Shown here piece by piece: positions 17,057 through 26,605 of a stretch of 36,651 nt of DNA. A program made the translations under genes and the position numbers. The notes under the pieces were generated by a model. That model had not been told where the DNA came from. It saw only the letters and a list, made by a program, of their open reading frames with translations, and searched no databases. The stretch covers positions 1 to 36,651 of IMG/VR virus record IMGVR_UViG_3300037511_000250; one strand, given 5' to 3'. The DNA is from a virus (Duplodnaviria > Caudoviricetes). Numbering within the stretch: the stretch's first letter is position 1; every line of letters starts with the position of its first letter.

Positions 17057-18492
17057 TATTGCTCCAATACCGTAAAATCAATTTCACCACCTAAAATTAC
17101 AAATTTCACTTTGCTATAAAATTCAAATCTAAAGATAAAGTTTTTAGCTCTTCCTAGTTTTCTCCAGATAGTTCTTTTTAGAAATTCACCGATTTTTCCC
17201 ATAGATGCAGTTAACCCGTTCCCATACGAGATGCCATCATTTCTTGAAATAAACATGAATACATCAGGATGAGAATCTGGCTCATTAGGATTAACAAAGC
17301 CTTGCTGTAAATCCAATTGGATTCTATCCACTTGCTTGAAGTTGTAAGTATCCTCAAGAAATGGAGCCGTTATCCTTAATCTTTTTATCGCTTCTCCAGC
17401 GTTATCAAGAAAAGCATCACTTACTTCATAAAGAATGCCTTCTGAATAACTGCCAAAGTAATTTCTTTCATTGAAATAACCATGAACTTGCGCGACATGC
17501 CGAGAACCATCAAGCATCTGCTCTTCGTGCCACATAGGATATTGAGGGGAACTCTGTGTGGCGTTATAAACCCAGGTAACATCATCTTCGGTAAAATTTA
17601 AACGATAAAAAATCAATCCATTATCTTTGTACAAAATCCCTCTGCAGTCAGAAGGGTTATTGTAGGTTTGCAATTGATAATCAAGTGCCTGGTTGCTGAC
17701 GGGAATAGGCTGCGTGCCTCGAACCATCATGATACTCCCGAGGCCATCTCTTGCTTGCGACAAAAAAAACATTAGATCGAAGTTAACGTTAATGCTTCCT
17801 ACCGCAGGCGTCCCTACTTCCATTAATAAGCTGTTATTTCTTCTCAGTGGGAAATCAGCTTGACCTGCATTTTCCCAAACCTCAGTAAAAAACTGACTGA
17901 AAATAAATAATCTACGATGAAGCGTCCTTAATCCTACAATTGTTCCAGGATGGGTATTAATTAAGGCAAAATCTAATGCATCCCATGTCATACCATCATT
18001 AGGCGCAGAAATATTGAATTGATTTGATTCTCCTTGACCTACTATAAAAAAACCATCAAGGAAAGTGACATCTACAGGGTTTGTCGGAAATCCAGGCGCC
18101 GTAATTGGGGCAAATGTTGTCGTATTGCTATTCCAAATATACCCTTTGTCTCCATCAGCCCACATAACCTCAAATTCATTTGCATCAACGCCAATATAAC
18201 CTTCATCTGTATCTATCGTGCCAAGGGTAGAGGTAACAAAAAGGGAATCCATTTGATATACAGTATTTTTGACGACAAAATAAAAAATGCCTTTAAATAT
18301 AAATGCGCTTCTAAATCCACCATCTGGTATATCAAGGTCTACTTTTAAATTAAGCCCTGAAGTTGGCAGTAACATTTTCTTTTTCTTTCCCTGCGGCACT
18401 AAAAATTCAAATAGATTAATAGTGCGCTCTGGATTTATGTTTGTAATCCTTTCTGCGCCGAAACTTCCAACAATATTAAAGTCCCTTCTCAT
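17056..18492 (-). CDS. Packaged DNA stabilization protein (P22 gp10-like tail hub)
   Basis: VTFLDGFFI, TEVWEN.G..FP, TWVY, S.NDG.SY, G..GE...R..WR.LG. Confidence 0.9.
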   Translation of the reverse strand: MRRDFNIVGSFGAERITNINPERTINLFEFLVPQGKKKKMLLPTSGLNLKVDLDIPDGGFRSAFIFKGIFYFVVKNTVYQMDSLFVTSTLGTIDTDEGYIGVDANEFEVMWADGDKGYIWNSNTTTFAPITAPGFPTNPVDVTFLDGFFIVGQGESNQFNISAPNDGMTWDALDFALINTHPGTIVGLRTLHRRLFIFSQFFTEVWENAGQADFPLRRNNSLLMEVGTPAVGSINVNFDLMFFLSQARDGLGSIMMVRGTQPIPVSNQALDYQLQTYNNPSDCRGILYKDNGLIFYRLNFTEDDVTWVYNATQSSPQYPMWHEEQMLDGSRHVAQVHGYFNERNYFGSYSEGILYEVSDAFLDNAGEAIKRLRITAPFLEDTYNFKQVDRIQLDLQQGFVNPNEPDSHPDVFMFISRNDGISYGNGLTASMGKIGEFLKRTIWRKLGRAKNFIFRFEFYSKVKFVILGGEIDFTVLEQ

Positions 18493-19214
18493 GTCGAGCT
18501 CAATATGGCAGGGTAAATTAAAGGTGCATTTTTCTCTAATATAGTAGATGGCTCTAATGTCATATTGACATCAACGCCAATGATTAAGCTTCTTGCATCC
18601 TTATAATCATCCTCCATCTTCTGCGTCCATTTGACAGAAGGATAAAAATCTACAAATTCCCTCACGAGGTGCATTCTGAAGAAACGATGGAAAGAAATAG
18701 GCACTTGAGTAATTATGTTGAATAGCCCCAATTTATTTAAAAAGCTCTTCGTTATTAATGTGATTGGATAAGCCTGGTCTGGCTTAGGATAAAAAATAAT
18801 TCGACTTTCCAAGGGATTGTTATCAAGAAAAACATAGGCAGGCATGGTTGCCATGCTATTTAATCTTAAATCATTAAAATAACTGGCATCATCAATGACC
18901 CTTATCGGCGTAGGCATTTGTCCTGATAATAAGAATGAAGCATACGTAATTTCAGATAGCCTATCCCTGTTTATATCCGAATCGGTAATGTCAGAGATAG
19001 TGTAAATATCCTGGTTTATTACCATGTTAAAATCAATTTGAGTACTAAAAGGAATATAAACACCTGCCGCAGAAAAAGAATCAATCAATTGGTTTAATAT
19101 CTCAAGCCCTGTTTGTTGTGCATAGCTATCAATATCTTCACCCACAGCAAATACATTGGCTTGATATAAAGCCATTGTGATTAGCTCGTTGACTGTTCTC
19201 TCTTCCTGCGGCAT
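18489..19214 (-). CDS. Head completion / adaptor protein (P22 gp4-like)
   Basis: TVNELI..AL...GE......GL..LN..IDS N-terminus; YPKPD; synteny. Confidence 0.8.
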   Translation of the reverse strand: MPQEERTVNELITMALYQANVFAVGEDIDSYAQQTGLEILNQLIDSFSAAGVYIPFSTQIDFNMVINQDIYTISDITDSDINRDRLSEITYASFLLSGQMPTPIRVIDDASYFNDLRLNSMATMPAYVFLDNNPLESRIIFYPKPDQAYPITLITKSFLNKLGLFNIITQVPISFHRFFRMHLVREFVDFYPSVKWTQKMEDDYKDARSLIIGVDVNMTLEPSTILEKNAPLIYPAILSST

Positions 19215-19220
19215 TTGCTA

Positions 19221-19391
19221 TTAGTCCGCTTTAAAAACAGGGTCTGCACCTTTAACTAGCTTTTTTGCTAGCGAGCTTACGAACTCTTCGGTGTTCGACT
19301 GGTTTGCATTCCATTTCATCTCCTCCGCTGATGGCTTCGGATTTGATGTTTTCCCCAGATTCACATTTGTCTTGCCTTGTGCTTGCTTCAT
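19221..19391 (-). CDS. Small hypothetical protein
   Basis: ATG at 19391 preceded by GAGG; stop 7 nt before the gp4-like start. Confidence 0.5.
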   Translation of the reverse strand: MKQAQGKTNVNLGKTSNPKPSAEEMKWNANQSNTEEFVSSLAKKLVKGADPVFKAD

Positions 19392-19518
19392 TTTTTGCCC
19401 TCGCTTCATTCGCTTCACGAGGAGTGGCAAACCACTCCCCGCTATTTAACATTTGCTCGTATGTGTCGTTATCGACAACACGAACCTCTAACACTGGGTG
19501 ATAAATGCAATTGATCAT
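19252..19518 (-). CDS. Small post-capsid protein
   Basis: ATGA overlap with coat stop; IYHP...GEWFATP motif. Confidence 0.7.
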   Translation of the reverse strand: MINCIYHPVLEVRVVDNDTYEQMLNSGEWFATPREANEARAKNEASTRQDKCESGENIKSEAISGGDEMECKPVEHRRVRKLASKKAS

Positions 19519-20735
19519 GCACCACCAATTCTCGATAAAACACGCGTTGCATACTGCGGATGCCACTTAGCACCAATCAACGTATCTAAACGAATAATGT
19601 TTTTGTCATTGATAATGTCACCAAGCATCGCTATACGAATAGAAAGCCCAGTTTTTTCATCAGTAACAACCTCACAGTAAGGGACTTGCAGCTTTTTAAT
19701 TGGAGGACAAATCACATCTAACGAACGACGATTAAATGCTACGTTCACGTTATGGGATTTATTAACAGTAACAGCTGCACCGTTAGGGATTGCGCCAGAA
19801 ACGTTCCTTGAGGAACCAGTCACAATAATATCTGGAGCTACAGTAATTGTTACCGCTCCACCGGCACTGGAGTTAGCGTCAGCCAAAATTACAAACTGCG
19901 CATTTCTACCAGTAGATTGCTTGTTAACAGGATTGAGGTTGTAAACGTTCGCTATACTGATAACGTCTCCCGCCTTAAAGTAACCAGTTTGAGATGCTGT
20001 TGCTCCTGCTAAAACAATCGTATTCCCAGATGAAACCGCACCGTTTACAGTTAATGTATCGCTGGGATAAGTTGTGGGGCCAACACCTGCCGTTTGCTGC
20101 GCAATAGATTGCGACCAAAACATGTCAAAATAAGATATGTGCCCAACTGCAGCAGTCTTATAAATTTGGTCGTTTATAACAGGTGTAAATTGTGCAAGTG
20201 CCGCAGCCTTTACAGCATCAGCATCTTTAACAGTCGATGCAAAATAAGCATTGTCTGTTAAATTAACACCCTGCTCCAACAACCTAACGCCTGCTTGGCT
20301 AACGCTTGAGTATGAATTTAAATCGGCTGTTGCTGAACCGCAGTGAAAATACAAATCAGTTTTTGCTTTGTTTGATATGTAAGTTTCACAATCAGAAACA
20401 ATCTTTTGAATAGCAGGCTTAAGAACTTCTTGACCAAAATCCTCAAGATTTAAAGTTAACTCTCTTGAAGTAACAGAAACAGCTTGCCAGAATTGTTTTT
20501 CAATTGTTAATTGTTCTACAGTTTCCGTGATATCTTCAGGGGTAATAGTTGCACCTTCACCACCATCAAAGAAATTCTGTCGACGAATCGTGACTGTATC
20601 ACCCTTTTGGTAGGGGCCTTGTAAAAACTCTCCTTGATACCCTCGATTAGAAAGCATTGCGTAAGGAAAGTTATTTTCGAACATCGCCAATGCTGTTTTA
20701 GCAACTAGCGTGGTATTTTGAAAGACGTTTGCCAT
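19515..20735 (-). CDS. Major capsid protein, P22 gp5 family
   Basis: MANVF, KGDTVTIRR, S.ELTL.LEDF, AGDVISIA.V, RLDTL.G.K. Confidence 0.93.
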   Translation of the reverse strand: MANVFQNTTLVAKTALAMFENNFPYAMLSNRGYQGEFLQGPYQKGDTVTIRRQNFFDGGEGATITPEDITETVEQLTIEKQFWQAVSVTSRELTLNLEDFGQEVLKPAIQKIVSDCETYISNKAKTDLYFHCGSATADLNSYSSVSQAGVRLLEQGVNLTDNAYFASTVKDADAVKAAALAQFTPVINDQIYKTAAVGHISYFDMFWSQSIAQQTAGVGPTTYPSDTLTVNGAVSSGNTIVLAGATASQTGYFKAGDVISIANVYNLNPVNKQSTGRNAQFVILADANSSAGGAVTITVAPDIIVTGSSRNVSGAIPNGAAVTVNKSHNVNVAFNRRSLDVICPPIKKLQVPYCEVVTDEKTGLSIRIAMLGDIINDKNIIRLDTLIGAKWHPQYATRVLSRIGGA

Positions 20736-20791
20736 TTAATACTCCGATGCAATAAGGTTTATTTTTTGCAACGGAGCTTTAAATTAAGCTC

Positions 20792-21592
20792 TTACTTATC
20801 TCGTAAAAGCTTCCTCAAGTCGTCTACCGTTGCATTAGGGTTAATGCGCGACGGACTACCAGCGGGATTTGTATTTAATGGCGACAAAGGAGGTGGTGCT
20901 GATGTTTCTTTTTTCGCAGCTCTCTTGTTTGCCATAATTTCCGCTGAAATCTTCGCAATTTCTCCTGCTTGAAAGTCGGGATGAGTCATTGCAATTTGAT
21001 TTAAGCGGCTACGGTCTTTAGCTAACATGTATAAAACATCTGCGGGATTTACAGAGTCTGGGACAGACAAAGAAATCTTTCTAAGAAGATCATTCGTAAA
21101 AGGTAAAGTAGTATCTGCCCTTACGACTTCGTCAAAATCAGGATAAATATCGTCGGCTTCTTTGACCTTCTGCATCATGTCTGAATATTTCTTTTGAACT
21201 TCAGCTTCTTTGTTCTGCTCCTTCACTTGATGAAGCATCGAATAAAGCTTTTGTTCAACAATCTTATCGACATCCTGCGAAGAACCTTCTTGAGGCGCTG
21301 GTTGAGAAGCAGGTTGCGACGGAGTTTGTCCTTGAGCTTGCATCATCTGCATCATCTGAAGCATTTGATCGTTTTGCCGCTTAAGGTCAGCTATCTCTCT
21401 ATCGTGACGCTTTTTCTCTCTTGCCAGTCGACCCTTAAAGTCATCCGGTAATTCACCTTCTTTTGGTTGGGGACTAATCCCATCCTCTTTTTGCTCTCCG
21501 GCGTTACCTTCTTCAGGCAAAACACCATCGACCGCATCTGTTTTTACAGTCTCTTCTGACTGCGTAACAACTGCATCATCTTGCATAAACAC
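20792..21592 (-). CDS. Scaffolding protein
   Basis: Acidic N-terminus, coiled coil, YPDFDEVV, SAPPPLSP; between portal and coat. Confidence 0.88.
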   Translation of the reverse strand: MFMQDDAVVTQSEETVKTDAVDGVLPEEGNAGEQKEDGISPQPKEGELPDDFKGRLAREKKRHDREIADLKRQNDQMLQMMQMMQAQGQTPSQPASQPAPQEGSSQDVDKIVEQKLYSMLHQVKEQNKEAEVQKKYSDMMQKVKEADDIYPDFDEVVRADTTLPFTNDLLRKISLSVPDSVNPADVLYMLAKDRSRLNQIAMTHPDFQAGEIAKISAEIMANKRAAKKETSAPPPLSPLNTNPAGSPSRINPNATVDDLRKLLRDK

Positions 21593-21607
21593 CTCGGCTT
21601 TCTGAAC

Positions 21608-21630
21608 AAAAAAAAGGACTGTTCTAATCC
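21608..21630 (-). terminator. Possible intrinsic terminator in the scaffold leader
   Basis: Minus strand GGATT-AGAAC-AGTCC followed by T8. Confidence 0.45.
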
Positions 21631-21730
21631 CCGTAAATTATGGCGGTACGTTCGCCCCGCATTTGTACTAAGGCTGCGTTATACCTTCCAGAATACCCAT
21701 TAAGCCAATGAATTTTCTGTAACCACTTGA

Positions 21731-21759
21731 AATATATATAAACAAAGCAATTATGTCAA
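21731..21759 (-). promoter_or_regulatory. Sigma70-type promoter for scaffold/coat
   Basis: Minus strand TTGACA-17 bp-TATATT. Confidence 0.7.
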
Positions 21760-21761
21760 CA

Positions 21762-21779
21762 TAACTTATTGATTTATAT
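21762..21779 (-). promoter_or_regulatory. IHF-consensus box
   Basis: ATATAAATCAATAAGTTA on minus strand; fits WATCAANNNNTTR. Confidence 0.65.
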
Positions 21780-21790
21780 GAATAAATGTT

Positions 21791-23926
21791 CTACGTAGAA
21801 CTTGATGGTTTAGCGTATGTCTTCTCGATATCAGCTAACAGCTTCATGAGCTGTATAGAAAAATCATTTGCAGATTTGACTTGCTCCGCTTGACTGCGTT
21901 GAGACATATTCATCGCTTCCTGTCTAAGCTCCTCGACCTTAAGCATCAATTCACCGCGCTTAATGTCGTTTTGCTCTTGCTTGATGGCAAATTCCTGTGA
22001 TTTCTCAGCCATCTGCATTTGGAGTTGCTTTTCTTGTGCTGCCATCATTTGCTGCATCATCTGAGCTTGAGGGTCTGGCTGTGGTGGCGGGGGAGGCAAT
22101 CCTTTTTCTTTAGCAATAATCTGAGGAGGAACAAGCGTTTCAAGACGCTCAACTAATTGTGGCGTGTACTGAAGGTCAATATTCTTAGCGATGATATCAA
22201 TGACAAGAGGGAACACAGGAGATTGAGGCGGTATCTGCAATACTTTAATGAGCAGATCGACCGCTTCTGCTTTCTGCATCGCAAAACTTGGGCCACTGTT
22301 CACTTCAATATCCATATCAGATGTATCAATCCTGTTAAATACATCCCCATTTGGAAGTTTCTTATTTATTTTTAAATACTTGTCTTTACCGTCTTGTGTA
22401 CGTACCGTAATGTCTCGCTCTGTGTCCATAATAGTTGGCAACAAATCTAGAGCAATTCGTCCACCTTGCTCTATTGCCCGGCCTAGATTGTCGTTATAAA
22501 TGGCTGGACTTGCATTTCCTTGCATAGCACTGGCTCTAATAGCTCTACCGGATGCATCACTTCCTCCAACCCCAAGATTAGCGTCATAAAAACCAACGAT
22601 ACGCTTTAAGTCTTCAACACTATTTTGTCGGTGCAATAGTAGTGATTGTGGTATTTCATAAGGAGGCTGACGCTGAGGTAATTCCCCTTTTCTGTCTCTT
22701 TTTGCCAGCAGAATGCCTTGCTGCGTCTCCGGGTTCATCCACATTCGACGGATATCATCTCCTTCCATGTTTTCAGGTGTACCCATCCATACTTCACGTC
22801 GGGCATTTTTTATTTGTGAAGCCGTTTCACTGCCAAGATAATTAACAAACTTCTGCGCGTCTTTTGCGTGATAGATAAATGGCTTTGTCATTTGCTTGCC
22901 ATCAATAAACCAAGAATCCCCATCAACAAAAACACCACTGATATACTTAGAAGGCCAGTCGCAAACTTCTAAAACTTTAGAGGCATTCATCCGGTAATTC
23001 TTTATTTTGTATCCATAGCTATCTCTTTCTGCGTGTATTTCCGGTAAACCAGGCTGAGGCATATAAGAAGGCCAATTACGCATTTTTTCTTTGTACCTTT
23101 TGACTAGATAATTCCACTCATCTTTTGTAATATCTTCCCCACTACTTAAACGATAAAGTTTTATCGGGAAATATTCTTTACGCTGAAATTCACACACCAC
23201 TATCGTATCTTTGCGGCTTATCTGAAGTCCCGTGTAATCAGGGATATTAAAAGACATGGGATTGGGGTCATTAGGGTACCGCTGCGCATACTCTCTTTTA
23301 GACATCGTGTAATATCGGCCATAAAAATTGCCGTCAAACTTTGTTGGCTCTTTTGCCGATGAGTCAAAGAAACACATGGTTGGACTTTCTACCGCGCGAT
23401 AAATAACTTTCTGATTAAAGCTATACGGGTCTTCGTAATCTGTAACAACTTCAAATACTCCATATCCAAACCCCATTGATTGCGCAAAAGCTTGCTGATA
23501 AACAAGCTCTGTACGAGAGTTATAGGCTATGGACTGAAGAATATCTGTATGAAGATTAATTGATTTTTGATCTGCTTTTCCGCTTTTGCTTCTTACAACA
23601 AGGCTTGGCGTATTTTGACGCTGCTCACCCATGATCTTACGAACCATGTCATAAAGCATGTTGAACGTTAAGCCAGGTTTCTTTGTTCTGCTAAATTCTT
23701 GCTTGTCCGTTGGGTTCCATTGTTCTCTCACCAAGAACTCAAGATATTCTCGGCCTATGTTGTTGTTCTCGCTAAAATAGCCATCCCATCTTGCCCCGCA
23801 CTCCGCGGCTTCACGAATAATATCGCCCTCATCCTGCGAGATATCTTCAAGCATTTCTAATCGCTGTTTTTCAATGCTCTTGATTGTTGACTCAGCTGGC
23901 ATTTCATCGGCATAGGGTTCAAGCAT
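21791..23926 (-). CDS. Portal protein, P22-like
   Basis: QW......P.LTFN, GEQRQN, AKDAQK..NY, ASGRAI, GPSF..QK.EA motifs; 711 aa after TerL. Confidence 0.93.
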   Translation of the reverse strand: MLEPYADEMPAESTIKSIEKQRLEMLEDISQDEGDIIREAAECGARWDGYFSENNNIGREYLEFLVREQWNPTDKQEFSRTKKPGLTFNMLYDMVRKIMGEQRQNTPSLVVRSKSGKADQKSINLHTDILQSIAYNSRTELVYQQAFAQSMGFGYGVFEVVTDYEDPYSFNQKVIYRAVESPTMCFFDSSAKEPTKFDGNFYGRYYTMSKREYAQRYPNDPNPMSFNIPDYTGLQISRKDTIVVCEFQRKEYFPIKLYRLSSGEDITKDEWNYLVKRYKEKMRNWPSYMPQPGLPEIHAERDSYGYKIKNYRMNASKVLEVCDWPSKYISGVFVDGDSWFIDGKQMTKPFIYHAKDAQKFVNYLGSETASQIKNARREVWMGTPENMEGDDIRRMWMNPETQQGILLAKRDRKGELPQRQPPYEIPQSLLLHRQNSVEDLKRIVGFYDANLGVGGSDASGRAIRASAMQGNASPAIYNDNLGRAIEQGGRIALDLLPTIMDTERDITVRTQDGKDKYLKINKKLPNGDVFNRIDTSDMDIEVNSGPSFAMQKAEAVDLLIKVLQIPPQSPVFPLVIDIIAKNIDLQYTPQLVERLETLVPPQIIAKEKGLPPPPPQPDPQAQMMQQMMAAQEKQLQMQMAEKSQEFAIKQEQNDIKRGELMLKVEELRQEAMNMSQRSQAEQVKSANDFSIQLMKLLADIEKTYAKPSSST

Positions 23927-23951
23927 AATGGCTCCTTACTGTCAAGGAGGC

Positions 23952-23984
23952 ATTATACAAAACTCTATATAAATCAACAACTTA
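23952..23984 (-). promoter_or_regulatory. Putative portal promoter overlapping an IHF-consensus box
   Basis: Minus strand TTGTTG-17 bp-TATAAT; plus strand AATCAACAACTTA at 23972-23984. Confidence 0.55.
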
Positions 23985-23985
23985 T

Positions 23986-25527
23986 CTATAATACACTTAT
24001 CGTTGGCGAGTAAAAAGCGGAAAGATCGGCTTGTTTTTTGGCTGTAAGCAAAGGAAGGACTAAATAGACCGCAATATATTGAACCGCATCCTGCGGATGA
24101 CTTGCGCTATTTTTATCTGGTTTATCTTGATACCTTTCTTCTCCTAGTACACGCATGCGACGATATTTGTAATCACCCAACCATCCCTTACGAAGCAACG
24201 GACATCCTCGCCTAGAAACAAGAATTGCAGGCTCACCGCTCACCATTTTGTTAAGAAAATAGCGAACAGATTCAAGTCGAGGAATTAAATCATTGGTTAC
24301 CTCGACTGTTTTAAATCCGTTCGCTTCTAATATCTCAAAGCATGTCTCTTTGTCAGTGTCTACACCCTTCTTGCCGGATGGGTCAGGAATGGCTATTTCT
24401 ATCTCATAACCAAAGAAATGCTCATTAAGGCCAGGAATTACAGTAGAGGATAGAAATTCTCGAAGCCCAATATCAAAACCGCAGAACTCATGTAATATTC
24501 TCAATTGTCCTGAGGGTAAATGTTGGGCAACCACACACGCAGGCGTTAAACCAAAGTCAAATCCTAACAATAATGGCAGACCCTCCACTGGATTAACCAC
24601 ATCTCTTGAGTGAATGTCATCGTTATATTCTGGATAAACTTTTTTACCGTGGATTACTGACCCGTATTGCCCTAGACAAAATACCTTAATGAACTCCTGT
24701 GTTTGCCCTACCGCGAGCTTAGGATAGTAGTCATGGCCGACATGATCGATGTTTTCAGCTTCAGGATTATTTACCCATTTCTCATTTTCATCTTTTATCA
24801 ACCCAGGAGGTTGAGAAAATATCGCATATTCTTCTGGCCTATTCACTTCGAAAGCTTTGTAAAGCCAATGATCAGTATCTGGAGGATTTGCGTCAGCAAT
24901 AATACCTGACCAATACTTACAAATATCTTTGGCCGGATAACGATTAATTCTTCCCTGAAGATTTCCTAAGATACCACTTGGCGTTTCTGAAATTTCATTT
25001 ATATATACTCCAGTTACCTCAAGAGACCTTACTTTTCTTAAATCTTTTTCATTATCTAAAGCAAGAAACAATAACTTGATGTCGACAATGCCATTTCCAT
25101 CATTAAATGAATGCTCTATTGTTAAAACAGGTTTTGATCTTCTGTTTACTGAACCAAGTACACCAAACCAATTCATCCACGTCTCTAGCGTTGTCGTTTC
25201 TAACTCACCGCTCGTATTTCGAATAATCGCCCATTTGCTACGCCTGCGACCCTGGAACCACGCGGGCATTAAGCAAGCCCTTCTGACAATCTCAGCGGCA
25301 CACATGGTTGATTTACCGGAACCAAAAGGCCCACGAATAACACGAACTAAAGAATCGTCGCTATGGAAATCTAATGCTGTTTGAGAGGGGACATATGTCT
25401 TCTTCTTCTTTTCATCTGCGGGGTCATCAACTTCGAAGGAATATCCATCGAATTGGATATTTTGAACTGTTTTTCTTTCTACCGTTCTTTTGAGTGCACT
25501 TACTTCTTTCAGTAATTGTGCGTGCAC
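23986..25527 (-). CDS. terL: Terminase large subunit
   Basis: Walker A GPFGSGKS, Walker B-like VYINEISE, DANPP, nuclease GFDFGLTPA and SHPQDA. Confidence 0.96.
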   Translation of the reverse strand: MHAQLLKEVSALKRTVERKTVQNIQFDGYSFEVDDPADEKKKKTYVPSQTALDFHSDDSLVRVIRGPFGSGKSTMCAAEIVRRACLMPAWFQGRRRSKWAIIRNTSGELETTTLETWMNWFGVLGSVNRRSKPVLTIEHSFNDGNGIVDIKLLFLALDNEKDLRKVRSLEVTGVYINEISETPSGILGNLQGRINRYPAKDICKYWSGIIADANPPDTDHWLYKAFEVNRPEEYAIFSQPPGLIKDENEKWVNNPEAENIDHVGHDYYPKLAVGQTQEFIKVFCLGQYGSVIHGKKVYPEYNDDIHSRDVVNPVEGLPLLLGFDFGLTPACVVAQHLPSGQLRILHEFCGFDIGLREFLSSTVIPGLNEHFFGYEIEIAIPDPSGKKGVDTDKETCFEILEANGFKTVEVTNDLIPRLESVRYFLNKMVSGEPAILVSRRGCPLLRKGWLGDYKYRRMRVLGEERYQDKPDKNSASHPQDAVQYIAVYLVLPLLTAKKQADLSAFYSPTISVL

Positions 25528-25760
25528 TATTTTTTCTTATATGATTTTGCTTTTGCAGGCTTAACAGTGCTTCCTTGGCCGAACGACATACTTGCACTGT
25601 AATTTGGGTTTTCCTTTTTCTTTACCTTTACATTCTTTCCTTTACTTGATCGCTGGCTTTTATATGCCTCATAGCCCGCTGGTGATTGAGTATCTGAATA
25701 AACAGGCGAGTAATTTGCTTTAGAAGCAATACCCTCTGTCACTGACTTAGTCCGCCGCAT
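25527..25760 (-). CDS. Small basic protein
   Basis: K/S-rich 77 aa coupled to the terL start. Confidence 0.6.
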   Translation of the reverse strand: MRRTKSVTEGIASKANYSPVYSDTQSPAGYEAYKSQRSSKGKNVKVKKKENPNYSASMSFGQGSTVKPAKAKSYKKK

Positions 25761-26061
25761 CTATCTTCACCTTGTCTATCGTTGTTTTAAATGACTTTGC
25801 CACCCATAACTTGAAAGGCTCAATACCAATAACCATCAAAAGGCTATCAAGATCGTATTTACCCTCTTTGAATAAGAAAGATACCTCGTTCTTTGAGGTT
25901 TCCTTGAGTCCATAAGCTATGTATGCATCATTGCCATACTTCTTCATTATTTCTTTGGTTCTTTCTGCGTTTTCCAATGATAAAGCTGTATTGATTTGCT
26001 TTCTGTTGCCCTTGATGATGAAGACAAAGTACAGCCATTCGGATAGAAAAGACTCTGTCAT
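25747..26061 (-). CDS. Hypothetical protein
   Basis: 104 aa, ATGA overlap with terS. Confidence 0.65.
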   Translation of the reverse strand: MTESFLSEWLYFVFIIKGNRKQINTALSLENAERTKEIMKKYGNDAYIAYGLKETSKNEVSFLFKEGKYDLDSLLMVIGIEPFKLWVAKSFKTTIDKVKIDAAD

Positions 26062-26483
26062 CCTTTATTCTCCCCATATACAGCTTTCTTCAGCGCTTCT
26101 ATCTGCTCGATCAATACGCTTGATTCAAGAATCTTAATGCGAGCCGCTAGAGAATTAATAAGCTTCTCTCCCTGAGTGGGATTTATCTCCCCATCTGCAA
26201 CTGCTTTCATGATCACCGACGCCTTATCATCTAGCGTAATCGCCTCATTAAAGCCAGGTATCACAATTGGCTCTTCCTTAGCCCTTGGCACTACTCTATC
26301 CATGATAAGCTCAGCAGCGCGGATATCTCCCTTCTCTGCCATCGCCTTCAGTGCTTTCCCAAACTTCTTGATAGCGTCATCTCCAATAGCTTCTCTGAAA
26401 ATGATACTCGCAGGCTTCCTGCCTGTAGGATTTCCAGACTGGCCTGGCTTAAACTGAGTTTTTTCTGAACCTTTTCCCGCCAT
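26058..26483 (-). CDS. terS: Terminase small subunit (DUF5681-type)
   Basis: FKPGQSGNPTGR motif, A.KGD.RAA, position upstream of terL. Confidence 0.85.
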   Translation of the reverse strand: MAGKGSEKTQFKPGQSGNPTGRKPASIIFREAIGDDAIKKFGKALKAMAEKGDIRAAELIMDRVVPRAKEEPIVIPGFNEAITLDDKASVIMKAVADGEINPTQGEKLINSLAARIKILESSVLIEQIEALKKAVYGENKG

Positions 26484-26543
26484 TTTTTAAGAAATCTCTT
26501 GACAATTTATAAAATCCTGCCGTACAGGAAGTTAAAATTTATC

Positions 26544-26561
26544 ATATAAATCAATAACTTA
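26544..26561 (+). promoter_or_regulatory. IHF-consensus box upstream of terS
   Basis: ATATAAATCAATAACTTA. Confidence 0.65.
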
Positions 26562-26605
26562 CAACATTATTAGGTGTGTTTGTTTTGTTTTGATAAGATA
26601 ATCAC

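Noticed and set aside
21734-21762. dif-like XerCD integration site (TTATGTCAAC)
   Set aside because: Only a partial XerD-like half with no XerC arm; better explained as a -35 element
21860-22100. Pro/Gln/Met low-complexity tract as a special element
   Set aside because: Normal C-terminal barrel region of P22-like portals
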